A stretch of 55,844 nucleotides of DNA from a virus. Its lineage: Duplodnaviria; Caudoviricetes. The position numbers and the translations under genes were made by a program. The notes beneath the pieces are model-generated. The model was not told the DNA's origin, made no database searches, and saw nothing but the letters and a program-made list of their open reading frames with translations. How positions within the stretch are numbered: position 1 is the first letter of the stretch; every line of letters begins with the position of its first letter. Below are positions 26,716 to 35,813 of this stretch, piece after piece. The stretch is taken from IMG/VR virus record IMGVR_UViG_3300043446_000624, positions 1 through 55,844 of that record. One strand, written 5' to 3'.

Positions 26716-28602
26716 ATGCCTCTGAAAAAACTGTCCCTGAAAGCAGGCGTAAACCGGGAAAACACCCGGTACACCAACGAAAACGGCTGGTACGAGTCCG
26801 ACAAGGTGCGGTTTCGTCAAGGCACGCCTGAGAAAATCGGTGGTTGGGTACGTATTTCAGCTAATACTTTTCTTGGCGTCTGCCGGTCGCTTTGGAACTG
26901 GGTCACGTTGGGCGGCGCAAACTTGCTTGGCGTTGGAACAAACATAAAGTTCTACATCGAGCAGGGCGGGCAGTACTACGATGTTACACCCCTGCGGGAG
27001 ACGGCTGTTCTTTCCAACCCGTTCACAGCTTCGTCAGGCTCCCCCACTATTACAGTAAACGACGTAAACCACGGGTGTAATGCCGGAGATTACGTTACTT
27101 TTAGCGGCGCTGTTGGCCTTGGCGGCAACATGACTGCCACGGTTTTGAACGCAGAATTTCTAGTGGCAACCGTTGTTGATGCGGATAACTACACCATCAC
27201 CGCTGGGGTTAACGCCACCCCCTCAGACACTGGACATGGCGGCGCAACGGTTACAGCAGAGTATCAAATCCACGTTGGCCTTGCCTATGCTGCGCCAATT
27301 ACAGGGTGGGGCGCTGGGCCTTGGGGCAGCGGGCCTTGGGGAATTGGTTCCACAAGCGACGTGAGTCTCCGCCTGTGGACGCAAAGCAACTTTGGTCAGA
27401 ACCTTGTGTTTGGGTATCGCGGCGGTCCTATGTATTATTGGGACGCGGACACTGGGGTAAGCACGCGCGCGGTTGAGATCAGCACGTTGCCGGGCGCAAC
27501 TGACGTACCAATCGTTCAGAATACCACTTTGGTATCTGATGCTTACCGGTTTGTGTTTGCGTTTGGCTGCAATGATTATGGTTCCACAACCCAAAACCCG
27601 ATGCTTTTGCGTTGGTCGGACCAAGAATCTGTAACCGATTGGACACCCGCTGCTACCAACCAAGCGGGCAGCTTGCTGCTATCTCGGGGTTCTGAGATTG
27701 TTACCGCTATCCAAACTCGTCAGGAAATTGTGGTGTTCACGGACGCTGCGCTGTATTCGTTCCAATACCTTGGCCCCCCAACGGTGTGGGGTTCCCAGTT
27801 GCTGGGTGACAACATTTCAATTGCCAGCCAGAACGCCGCAGCGTTGGCTTCTGGCGTGATCTACTGGATGGGTACGGATAAGTTCTATAAATACGATGGT
27901 CGCGTGCAGACGTTGGTCTGCGATCTGCGTCAGTTTGTCTATGGTGATATTAACCTTGAGCAACAGGATCAGTTCTTTGCCAGCACAAACGAAGGCTTCA
28001 ACGAAGTCTGGTTCTTCTATTGCAGCGCGGCTTCAGACACGATCGATCGCTACGTGGTTTACAACTACATCGAGAACGAAGGCAAGGGTTGTTGGTATTA
28101 CGGCAACATGGCGCGTAGCGCATGGCTGGACTCCGCGCTGCGCGATCACCCAATCGCAGCAACGCTGATCAATAACATTGTCTACCATGAAGATGGCGTG
28201 GATGACAACGCAACGGCCACGCCAACCGCTATTGAAGCAATGATCAGTTCCGCTGAATTTGACATCGATGACGGCGACAAGTTTGGGTTTGTCTGGCGTA
28301 TAGTGCCTGACATTACGTTCCGTGGGTCTACTATAGATAATCCGCAGGCTACCTTGACACTGATCCCAATGCAAAACTCGGGTTCAGGGTTTAACAACCC
28401 AACTTCGGTAGCGGGCAGTGACAACGCAACTATTACCCGAACTGCGGAAGTCCCGATTGAACAATTCACCGGTCAGGTGTATATTCGCGTGCGTGGTCGC
28501 CAGATGATTCTTCAGCTGGAATCCAACCAACTCGGGTGTACGTGGCAGCTTGGTTCGCCCCGGATTGACATTCGTCAGGATGGACGCAGAGGCAATACAT
28601 GA
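26716..28602 (+). CDS. tail tubular B / P22 gp10-like stabilisation protein
   Basis: VRFRQGTPEKIGGW, LRWSDQE, beta-propeller-like repeats, DIRQDGRR end. Confidence 0.8.
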   Translation: MPLKKLSLKAGVNRENTRYTNENGWYESDKVRFRQGTPEKIGGWVRISANTFLGVCRSLWNWVTLGGANLLGVGTNIKFYIEQGGQYYDVTPLRETAVLSNPFTASSGSPTITVNDVNHGCNAGDYVTFSGAVGLGGNMTATVLNAEFLVATVVDADNYTITAGVNATPSDTGHGGATVTAEYQIHVGLAYAAPITGWGAGPWGSGPWGIGSTSDVSLRLWTQSNFGQNLVFGYRGGPMYYWDADTGVSTRAVEISTLPGATDVPIVQNTTLVSDAYRFVFAFGCNDYGSTTQNPMLLRWSDQESVTDWTPAATNQAGSLLLSRGSEIVTAIQTRQEIVVFTDAALYSFQYLGPPTVWGSQLLGDNISIASQNAAALASGVIYWMGTDKFYKYDGRVQTLVCDLRQFVYGDINLEQQDQFFASTNEGFNEVWFFYCSAASDTIDRYVVYNYIENEGKGCWYYGNMARSAWLDSALRDHPIAATLINNIVYHEDGVDDNATATPTAIEAMISSAEFDIDDGDKFGFVWRIVPDITFRGSTIDNPQATLTLIPMQNSGSGFNNPTSVAGSDNATITRTAEVPIEQFTGQVYIRVRGRQMILQLESNQLGCTWQLGSPRIDIRQDGRRGNT

Positions 28603-29987
28603 CGCTTATTGTCACCACGGATAATGAACTCCAACGGATTGCGCCGCCTAACCTGCCTCTTGCGCCGGGTGACTACAGCTCGCAGTATCAGGAACAGTTC
28701 AACAACGTTCTGCGCCTGTACTTCAACCGCCTACAAAACATCTTGGGGCAGCTCATGGCTACTACCTCCACACTGCCGATTTCTTTCCCGCCCACGGCCC
28801 TAGATGCGTTTGGTCGTCAGCGGGTTAGCCAGCCGTATACCCTGTTTGACAGCCAAAGTCGTTACGCTGCTGACAATCAATTTAGTTCGTCTACCACCGG
28901 CACAGGCTCGACCACGTTCAATACAAACCAATCCAGCGTCAGTTTAAACGTGACTGCTGGAGGTGTGGGTTCTGTAGTCCGTCAAACGTACCGTTCATTT
29001 CCGTACCAGCCCGGCAAGGGGTTGCTGGTACTTGCCACGTTCCAGATGGACGCCAGCGAAAGCGCCAACCTTAGTCAAAAAATTGGGTACTTCAACACCC
29101 AAAACGGGGTATTTTTCTCCAAAACTGATGGAACTAATGCTTTTACCCTACGTTCTTACACGAGCGGTGTAGTAAACGACTCCAGAACAGTAAACCAAGC
29201 TGATTGGAACGGTGACCCTCTAAACGGAACAGGAGCCAGCGGTCTTACGCTAGACCTGACCCACCCACAGATTTTGTGGATGGACTTTGAGTGGCTGGGT
29301 GTCGGTTCTGTGCGTTGCGGGTTCATCATCAATGGTGAATACATTGTTTGCCACACGTTTAACACCGCCAACACCTACGGGACCACGGTGTACATGACCA
29401 CGGCTATCCTGCCAGTGCGGTATGAAATTACATCGACGTCAGCGGTGGCCGCAACTCTGACCCAGATTTGCTGTTCTGTCGTATCAGAAGGCGGGTTTGA
29501 GCAAACATCAGTTGACCATGTGGCGCGACGCACCACAGTCTTTAACACTATCAACACAGCAGCCACGTTCTATCCCATCGTGTCAATCCGTCTGGCTTCT
29601 GGCCGTACGGGCGCGGTGGTGCTGCCTAACAGGGTTCAGTTTCTTCCGACGACAAGCCAGAACTACGAGGTGGCGTTGCTTAAGAACCCAACTTTGACTG
29701 GCGCAACTTGGGCGGCTACTGTACCATCTGACAGCAATGTGGAATATGATGTTGCGGCCACGGCCATTAGTAACGTTGGGACTATTGTCCAGACAGACTA
29801 CGTTACTTCCTCCGGTAGTGCAGGAGTTAGCCAAACAAGCGCACCGACCGGATATAACTGGGACTTGCAATTGGGTGTATCCTTGGCCGGGGTGAGCGAC
29901 ATTTACACGCTGGGGGTGCGTACCGTTTCCGGTGCAACCACAGGGGATGGTCTTGGCTCCATTTCGTTCTACGACCTGACGCAGTAA
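28599..29987 (+). CDS. tail needle/spike-like protein with beta-sandwich C-terminal domain
   Basis: Helical N-terminus PNLPLAP...LRLYFNRL fused to DAFGRQRVSQPYTLFD...YQPGKG...WLGVG domain. Confidence 0.6.
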   Translation: MTLIVTTDNELQRIAPPNLPLAPGDYSSQYQEQFNNVLRLYFNRLQNILGQLMATTSTLPISFPPTALDAFGRQRVSQPYTLFDSQSRYAADNQFSSSTTGTGSTTFNTNQSSVSLNVTAGGVGSVVRQTYRSFPYQPGKGLLVLATFQMDASESANLSQKIGYFNTQNGVFFSKTDGTNAFTLRSYTSGVVNDSRTVNQADWNGDPLNGTGASGLTLDLTHPQILWMDFEWLGVGSVRCGFIINGEYIVCHTFNTANTYGTTVYMTTAILPVRYEITSTSAVAATLTQICCSVVSEGGFEQTSVDHVARRTTVFNTINTAATFYPIVSIRLASGRTGAVVLPNRVQFLPTTSQNYEVALLKNPTLTGATWAATVPSDSNVEYDVAATAISNVGTIVQTDYVTSSGSAGVSQTSAPTGYNWDLQLGVSLAGVSDIYTLGVRTVSGATTGDGLGSISFYDLTQ

Positions 29988-29996
29988 GGACTGAAC

Positions 29997-30290
29997 ATGA
30001 CGGCAGCGATTGATTTTATCGAGCTTTTTAACGGCGTGATCAAGCTGGCAAAACCAGTTACCGCTGAGCATAGCTACGCCAAGTCTTTGGACGATAAGAT
30101 TGATGACTTAGACATAGACAGTCTGGATACGATCATGATGTCCATGTACCTTGGCGAAGTCTATGGGATTGATGAAGACACGATGCGCGAAATGGACGTC
30201 GAGACGCTTGCACAACTACAAGAGTTCCTAGAGGCCAAGAAGACCCATACACCAACCAACGTTGAAGAAGAGTTGGCGAGGGTCAAATGA
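29997..30290 (+). CDS. acyl carrier protein
   Basis: 97 aa, acidic; DLDIDSLDTIMM phosphopantetheine motif with Ser codon at 30120-30122; TLAQL helix. Confidence 0.88.
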   Translation: MTAAIDFIELFNGVIKLAKPVTAEHSYAKSLDDKIDDLDIDSLDTIMMSMYLGEVYGIDEDTMREMDVETLAQLQEFLEAKKTHTPTNVEEELARVK

Positions 30291-31393
30291 TTTATCTAAC
30301 CCACCACCGAGGTGCTGGCACAAGCCAGACGGAGGTCATTGAGGACAATCCGTATCCCCAGCGGATACATTGGTTCCCCGAGACATACCAAAACGTTAAG
30401 TCAGGTCTTGTTTACCCGGCCCACGTTCTTGCCAACAAAGTCATTGACCCCGCGTTGATCGAGTACGTCCAGAACAATCCCACACCCGGAAAAACTGGAT
30501 TTATTCTTGCTGCTGGATCGCAAGGTTGGGCGGGCATTAGGGGACGTCATGACAACAAAGAAGAAGGACGACTGCACTACAAGTTGAAACTTCCTTTGGT
30601 GACGTTGACCAACATATATGCTGGGCGAGTTGCGTCAATGTTTGGACCTATGGACTATGTTTCCACGGACGCCAGCGCATGTGCCTCTAGCATTAAGGTT
30701 CTGATGGAGGTCCACAACCTGATGACCAATTTTGGTTTTACCAGAATGATCGTGCTTGGGGTGGAAGACGCTGTTAACAACTCAACGCTTGAGTTCTTTG
30801 GCCAAGCCAAGGCCAGCCTGTTGCTCAAAGATGAGCCCAACATCAAGCCATCCGCGTTTGACTCTGTGAACGCAGGGTTCAACATCGGTCAGGGCGCAGG
30901 TTTAGCTATTTTTGAAACTGAACCAGCCACTACACCCGCAGCAAAACTGCTTGGTACCTATACCGCTGCTGAAAACTTCACCAATCCGTTGGGTCAACGT
31001 CCCGACGGCCAAGGGTACATGAGGTCAATAGAGGGCGCTTTACACATGGCCAAGTTGCCTGCATCGGCTGTGCGTATTGTCAAAACACACGGTACTGGGA
31101 CGCCGACTAATAACACTGCGGAGAAGGCCGCGATCACGACAATGTTCAGTGATTTTGTGGCGACTTCATATAAACAGCGTTTGGGGCACACACTTGCTGC
31201 AAGCGGCTTGATGGAAACCAGCATGCTGCTCAGTGATCTGCAACGTGGGGTTATTCCCGGAATTCCAAACAGGACAGAAGATGATGCCGTTTTCTTGTCT
31301 ACCGATGCGCCTGCGCGAGGGGGCGTGATTGCTGTTTTAGCCGCAGGGATGGGGAATGTTTTCTCAACCGCGTTACTGACAACGGAGTTGTGA
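30287..31393 (+). CDS. beta-ketoacyl-ACP synthase (FabB/FabF-like)
   Basis: ASACASS (Cys 30680), GFNIGQGAG, KTHGTGT (His 31088), SYKQRLGHTLAASG (His 31187), AGMGN; ATGA-coupled to ACP. Confidence 0.93.
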   Translation: MIYLTHHRGAGTSQTEVIEDNPYPQRIHWFPETYQNVKSGLVYPAHVLANKVIDPALIEYVQNNPTPGKTGFILAAGSQGWAGIRGRHDNKEEGRLHYKLKLPLVTLTNIYAGRVASMFGPMDYVSTDASACASSIKVLMEVHNLMTNFGFTRMIVLGVEDAVNNSTLEFFGQAKASLLLKDEPNIKPSAFDSVNAGFNIGQGAGLAIFETEPATTPAAKLLGTYTAAENFTNPLGQRPDGQGYMRSIEGALHMAKLPASAVRIVKTHGTGTPTNNTAEKAAITTMFSDFVATSYKQRLGHTLAASGLMETSMLLSDLQRGVIPGIPNRTEDDAVFLSTDAPARGGVIAVLAAGMGNVFSTALLTTEL

Positions 31394-31394
31394 A

Positions 31395-31838
31395 ATGAAA
31401 ACAGTAGACAGCAAAAAACAAAAATTGAATATAGCTGATATTGTTATGCATGACTCAGAAACGTCTAAGTCTGATGTACCCATGCAGCAGCTTATACCTG
31501 CACTTATCCAAGAATTAAATAACCCAAATTGCGCCAGCAGGCAAATAGGTAATTCATTGTTTATTCTTCACAAAGGTGAAGACGGAAAAGGATTTTTTAG
31601 AGGGCTTAACGCAGACACTGCAGAAAACTATATTGACAATATCCGTGAATTTCTTATTTGGGCAAAAGAAGATTTAGGCATGACGTTTTTAATGACTCAG
31701 TTCAAGGGCCAAGAAATCGCACGGATCACAAAATATTTTAAAAAGCATCCGCCTATCCCCGGAATGCAGCATGTAATGTTTAACATGTCAAACGGCGAAA
31801 CCCGACTTGTTTTGCTTTTAGAGCCGATGAAAGACTGA
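31395..31838 (+). CDS. hypothetical protein, possible GNAT-like acyltransferase (T7 gp13 / P22 gp14 positional analogue)
   Basis: 147 aa alpha/beta pattern between KS and first ejection gene; function is inference only. Confidence 0.4.
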   Translation: MKTVDSKKQKLNIADIVMHDSETSKSDVPMQQLIPALIQELNNPNCASRQIGNSLFILHKGEDGKGFFRGLNADTAENYIDNIREFLIWAKEDLGMTFLMTQFKGQEIARITKYFKKHPPIPGMQHVMFNMSNGETRLVLLLEPMKD

Positions 31839-31839
31839 T

Positions 31840-34800
31840 ATGGGAAAAAGCGTAACAGATTTTACCGGCGGTCTTTACGACGACATTGCAGACACTGCGC
31901 AAGATATACGCAGTGATGTTATCAACACTGTTCAGGACACAGCTGCTAAGGTCTATGATAATGTCGTATCGCCTGTTGCTGCAACTGCGGTAAACACGAT
32001 TAAAGCCGCCGCGAAGGATCCCATCGGTACGATGGTTACTGTCGCAGTAGCATACGCTGCGCCGCAATATTTGCCGCTGGTTAACGCGGGCAGAACTTTA
32101 GCCAACGGCGGGACGCCGCAAGACGCGTTAAAAAACGCAGCAATTTCGTACGCTGCAACAAATATAGGTAATTACGTTGGAGACCAAGTCACTCCGATTG
32201 AATCGCAAACACTTCAGCAACTAGGCCCACAGTACGAAAACCTTGCGCTGGTAAAACAAGTTGTGTCCGCATCTACAGGCGCGGCTGCGGCGTCTATATT
32301 GCGCGGAGAGCCTGTAAAATTAGTTTTGACCAATGCAGTAACTGGAGCCGTTAACAGCGCGGTAAGTAGCCAGCTTGCAAAAGACTATGGTTTAGCGTCA
32401 GGGTCGTTCGCCAACCAATTAGCGTCTAATTCTATTTCTGCAGCTACTAAAGCGTTGCTGCAGGGTAAACCATTGATGGAAGCGGTAGTTCAGACCGCAA
32501 CAGCCACAGCCATCACGGCGGGTATTACTACGGGCGTAGAAAATCTTAAGGCGTTGTCAAATAAGTCTGTTTCTCTTTCGCAGGAATTTAGTGCTAAAAC
32601 AGGCGTATACAATTCAACTTTAGAAACTGCTAAAAGTCAAATTGCTAATGCTGACAGCTGGGTGACAATGGGTGTCAACACAGCAAATATGTACGCAACC
32701 GATAATGGTAAATATATTGAGGAATATAAAACAGACTACGCCAGATATACAGCGTTAATTGATAAAGTAAATTCCGGTGATTATTCCGGACGGGATAGCG
32801 ATATTGCAACTATCCATACCTTAGAGTCTCAGTTAGGTGTAAAAGCTGACCAAATTGAGTATACTAAACAACAATTTAACGATTGGTCACAAAAAGTTAA
32901 CGATTATGTAGTTCGTCGAACTGAAATTGAAAATACATATCTACCACAACTTTCGACTATGCGCAGCGAATTGGATACGCTGGCAAAAGATTATTTAAGC
33001 GCACAGGATAGTATTAAATCGGTTTCTGAGGATATTGGAACCCAGGTCAAACATTACGAAGATTTTGTCAGTACGGAATCCGCCAAATATGCGGATGAAA
33101 TTGCTGCTGAGGCGGTTAAACAAGCCCAAAGTACGCTTGAAACAAACGCCAAGAGCGTGGGGGCTGATAGTTACGCCACACTTAAACCGTATGTTGATAC
33201 AAAAGTACAAGAGATTGAGGATGTTAAACAGCAGCTTCAGGACCACATGGCTGCTGGCGACTATATTAGCGCGTGGGCAGATAAAAACAAACTAAATGAA
33301 CTTGGAACTAACCTTAATAGTATTGAACGTAAGTTTGATGATTTGGGAGTTGATCTTGGTAATGACGCTAAGGCTGCGGACACTCTTAACTATTCGATGG
33401 ATATCCAAAAAGATATCCTGCCCGGGTTGCAACAGCAACAGCTTCATAATCAGGCCGAGCGCATATATGCACCCCTCGTAGAAGTTGACCTAAAGAACGC
33501 CGCAGACGCGCAACAAAAATTTCAGGACGCAATGGCGTCAGGGGATTACCAAGCTGCAAAACAGGCCTTGTCTGTTATACAGCAATCAACAAAAAATCTA
33601 GACGTCTACGAACAGCAGTACCCAACCGCAAAATTAAGTTACGACGACAAACAAGCGCCGTTCCAAGATTTTTTAGACACTATCGACGTCAAGGCAATTG
33701 ACAAAGGGATTGCGGTACAACGGGCGCAGCCTTGGCTTGATCAATTAACGGCCCGAGCGCAAGCCGCGCAGAACCAGCTTGAACAAGCGCTGGAAAATAA
33801 TGACTTCTATGCTGCCGCATCCGCGCGTAGACAGTTAAACTCCTATATAGACCAAATAAAAAATGTAGACACCAATTATGGGCTTGATAAATACAATATA
33901 AGCACGGACGAGCAAGCGGATCCTTTTAAAAATATGTCGGGTAGTTTCACGGACCAACAAATTGGTAACACTGCCGCCGCGTATGACACTCTAAAGAACC
34001 AAGCCCGGAATGAATTAATACGGCAAGGCTACACTGAATACTACGGAAAAACCCTTCAGCCAAACGCCAGCGCTGAAATAGCGTCGGTTGCCGAGAATTA
34101 TGAAAAACAAATTCAAGACGCAATGGCGTCTGGAGATTATGCTGCTGCGCAAAAAGCCGCTGACGCTTTAAAAAAATGGACAGGTAAACTACAAACCTAT
34201 GAGGGAGTTAGCTTCCAGCAAGATAATCAGGCGGAAGAATATCAAAAATTCCTAGATACAATTGCGCCAGATATTGAAAAAGGGGTTTTAGAACAAACAG
34301 CGGAAAAAGCTACGCCGACTACGCCGACTACGCCTACGCCGCCGACTACGCCGACTACGCCTACGACGCCGACTGAACCTGCGCCTACGACGCCGACTAC
34401 GCCAACGCCAACGCCTGAAGCTACGGACGATGGCACAACTGGCGATATTCAAGACATTATTGACGTAATAAACCCACCGACGCCTGCGCCGACTACACCG
34501 ACTACGCCAACGACGCCAACTACGCCGACTACGCCGACTACACCGACTACGCCAACGACGCCAACTACGCCGACTACGCCAACTGAACCTGAGTGGGTCA
34601 AAGAATATCGAGCAACGCTTAATAACATATATAAACCCGTGCTTGACGCACGTGTGAGGGAAGCGGAAACGTCTAAAGCTAGGCTTGAACAAGCTCTTGC
34701 GGCTGGAGATCCCGCTGAGATTGAGCGCTTTAGCAAGAATCTTCAATCAGATATTGATGCGATTAAAAATGTAGACAACATGTATCGCGTCCAAGATTTT

Positions 34801-35811
34801 AATCTTGGGTGGGACGACAGAGCGACTACGTTTGAAGACTTCTTAGAAACTATTAAGTCGCCCACACCTACGCCGACTACACCAACGACGCCGGACGATA
34901 TGACGCCGGACGATACGACGCCAACTACACCGACGACGCCGACTGAACCTGCGCCAGTCGAGCCAGAACCTGTGCCGACTACACCGACTGAACCTGTGCC
35001 AGTCGAGCCAGAACCTGTGCCGACTACACCGACGACGCCGGACGATACGACGCCGGACGATACGACACCGGACGATACATCCACAGACAATGGTGGATTT
35101 ACAGGGCCGACTGGCCCAATGACTGCTGATCAGATTCAGCGGTACAACGACGAGTTCTCCCGTTATCTGGACTCTTTGACGTCTGGAAGCACGATTCCGC
35201 CCGACTACGATGTCCAAGACCTAGGGATTACCCCAGAAAACTGGGAATCGTTTGACCAAAACCTTCAGCAGATGCTGGAGGAAGGAAAGTTGCCGACTCA
35301 GTGGAAGCCTGGAGACAACGGAGCTTTTACGTATACGGACGATGACGGTAGCACGATTACGATCGATGCAGAAGGCAATATTGTGGGTTACACCGAAGCC
35401 CCCATAGGCAATCTGCCTGGAGAAACTCCGCCTGAAGAAACAACTCCTACGCCAACAATCCCGACTACGCCGGTAACTCCTAAGCCGCCGACAACGCCGA
35501 CTACCCCGACTACCCCGACGACGCCGGTAACTCCTAAGCCGCCGACGACACCGACTACCCCGACTACCCCGACGACGCCGACTACCCCCGCTGGGCCGTT
35601 GGATTTACAGTCACTTTTGGCACTTTTGGGCGCGGTGGGCGGCGGAGACCAAAGTCAGGCCCCGGCGCCCCAAGTTGTGGATATTGGTCAGCAACTGGAC
35701 CTTAGCGCCCCCCTGGAAACAAACCCGTTTGCAAGACAGCAAACTCAATCTAAAATGGCAACTGGCGGGTCTATCGACGATCTGCTGGCAATGCTTCAGC
35801 AGAGAGGTTAA
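31840..35811 (+). CDS. internal virion/ejection protein 1 (N-terminal Gly, helical repeats, Pro-Thr tracts)
   Basis: MGKSVT start; Ala/Gly-rich hydrophobic N-domain; five xxxGDY-type repeats; (TPT)n tracts; C-terminal MATGG. Confidence 0.75.
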   Translation: MGKSVTDFTGGLYDDIADTAQDIRSDVINTVQDTAAKVYDNVVSPVAATAVNTIKAAAKDPIGTMVTVAVAYAAPQYLPLVNAGRTLANGGTPQDALKNAAISYAATNIGNYVGDQVTPIESQTLQQLGPQYENLALVKQVVSASTGAAAASILRGEPVKLVLTNAVTGAVNSAVSSQLAKDYGLASGSFANQLASNSISAATKALLQGKPLMEAVVQTATATAITAGITTGVENLKALSNKSVSLSQEFSAKTGVYNSTLETAKSQIANADSWVTMGVNTANMYATDNGKYIEEYKTDYARYTALIDKVNSGDYSGRDSDIATIHTLESQLGVKADQIEYTKQQFNDWSQKVNDYVVRRTEIENTYLPQLSTMRSELDTLAKDYLSAQDSIKSVSEDIGTQVKHYEDFVSTESAKYADEIAAEAVKQAQSTLETNAKSVGADSYATLKPYVDTKVQEIEDVKQQLQDHMAAGDYISAWADKNKLNELGTNLNSIERKFDDLGVDLGNDAKAADTLNYSMDIQKDILPGLQQQQLHNQAERIYAPLVEVDLKNAADAQQKFQDAMASGDYQAAKQALSVIQQSTKNLDVYEQQYPTAKLSYDDKQAPFQDFLDTIDVKAIDKGIAVQRAQPWLDQLTARAQAAQNQLEQALENNDFYAAASARRQLNSYIDQIKNVDTNYGLDKYNISTDEQADPFKNMSGSFTDQQIGNTAAAYDTLKNQARNELIRQGYTEYYGKTLQPNASAEIASVAENYEKQIQDAMASGDYAAAQKAADALKKWTGKLQTYEGVSFQQDNQAEEYQKFLDTIAPDIEKGVLEQTAEKATPTTPTTPTPPTTPTTPTTPTEPAPTTPTTPTPTPEATDDGTTGDIQDIIDVINPPTPAPTTPTTPTTPTTPTTPTTPTTPTTPTTPTTPTEPEWVKEYRATLNNIYKPVLDARVREAETSKARLEQALAAGDPAEIERFSKNLQSDIDAIKNVDNMYRVQDFNLGWDDRATTFEDFLETIKSPTPTPTTPTTPDDMTPDDTTPTTPTTPTEPAPVEPEPVPTTPTEPVPVEPEPVPTTPTTPDDTTPDDTTPDDTSTDNGGFTGPTGPMTADQIQRYNDEFSRYLDSLTSGSTIPPDYDVQDLGITPENWESFDQNLQQMLEEGKLPTQWKPGDNGAFTYTDDDGSTITIDAEGNIVGYTEAPIGNLPGETPPEETTPTPTIPTTPVTPKPPTTPTTPTTPTTPVTPKPPTTPTTPTTPTTPTTPAGPLDLQSLLALLGAVGGGDQSQAPAPQVVDIGQQLDLSAPLETNPFARQQTQSKMATGGSIDDLLAMLQQRG
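34309..35590 (+). repeat. 9-bp coding tandem repeats (CCGACTACG variants) encoding (PTT)n
   Basis: Four tracts at about 34309-34420, 34470-34590, 34860-35080 and 35440-35590. Confidence 0.9.
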
Positions 35812-35813
35812 TT

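Noticed and set aside
29997-31393. ACP-KS as a complete fatty-acid or polyketide cluster, or a host-derived contaminant
   Set aside because: No malonyl transferase, reductase, dehydratase or PPTase; genes are tightly coupled to virion genes on both sides
34242-35217. Protamine-like Arg/Trp-rich and Gly/Val-rich antisense ORFs
   Set aside because: They are just the reverse complement of the (PTT)n repeats
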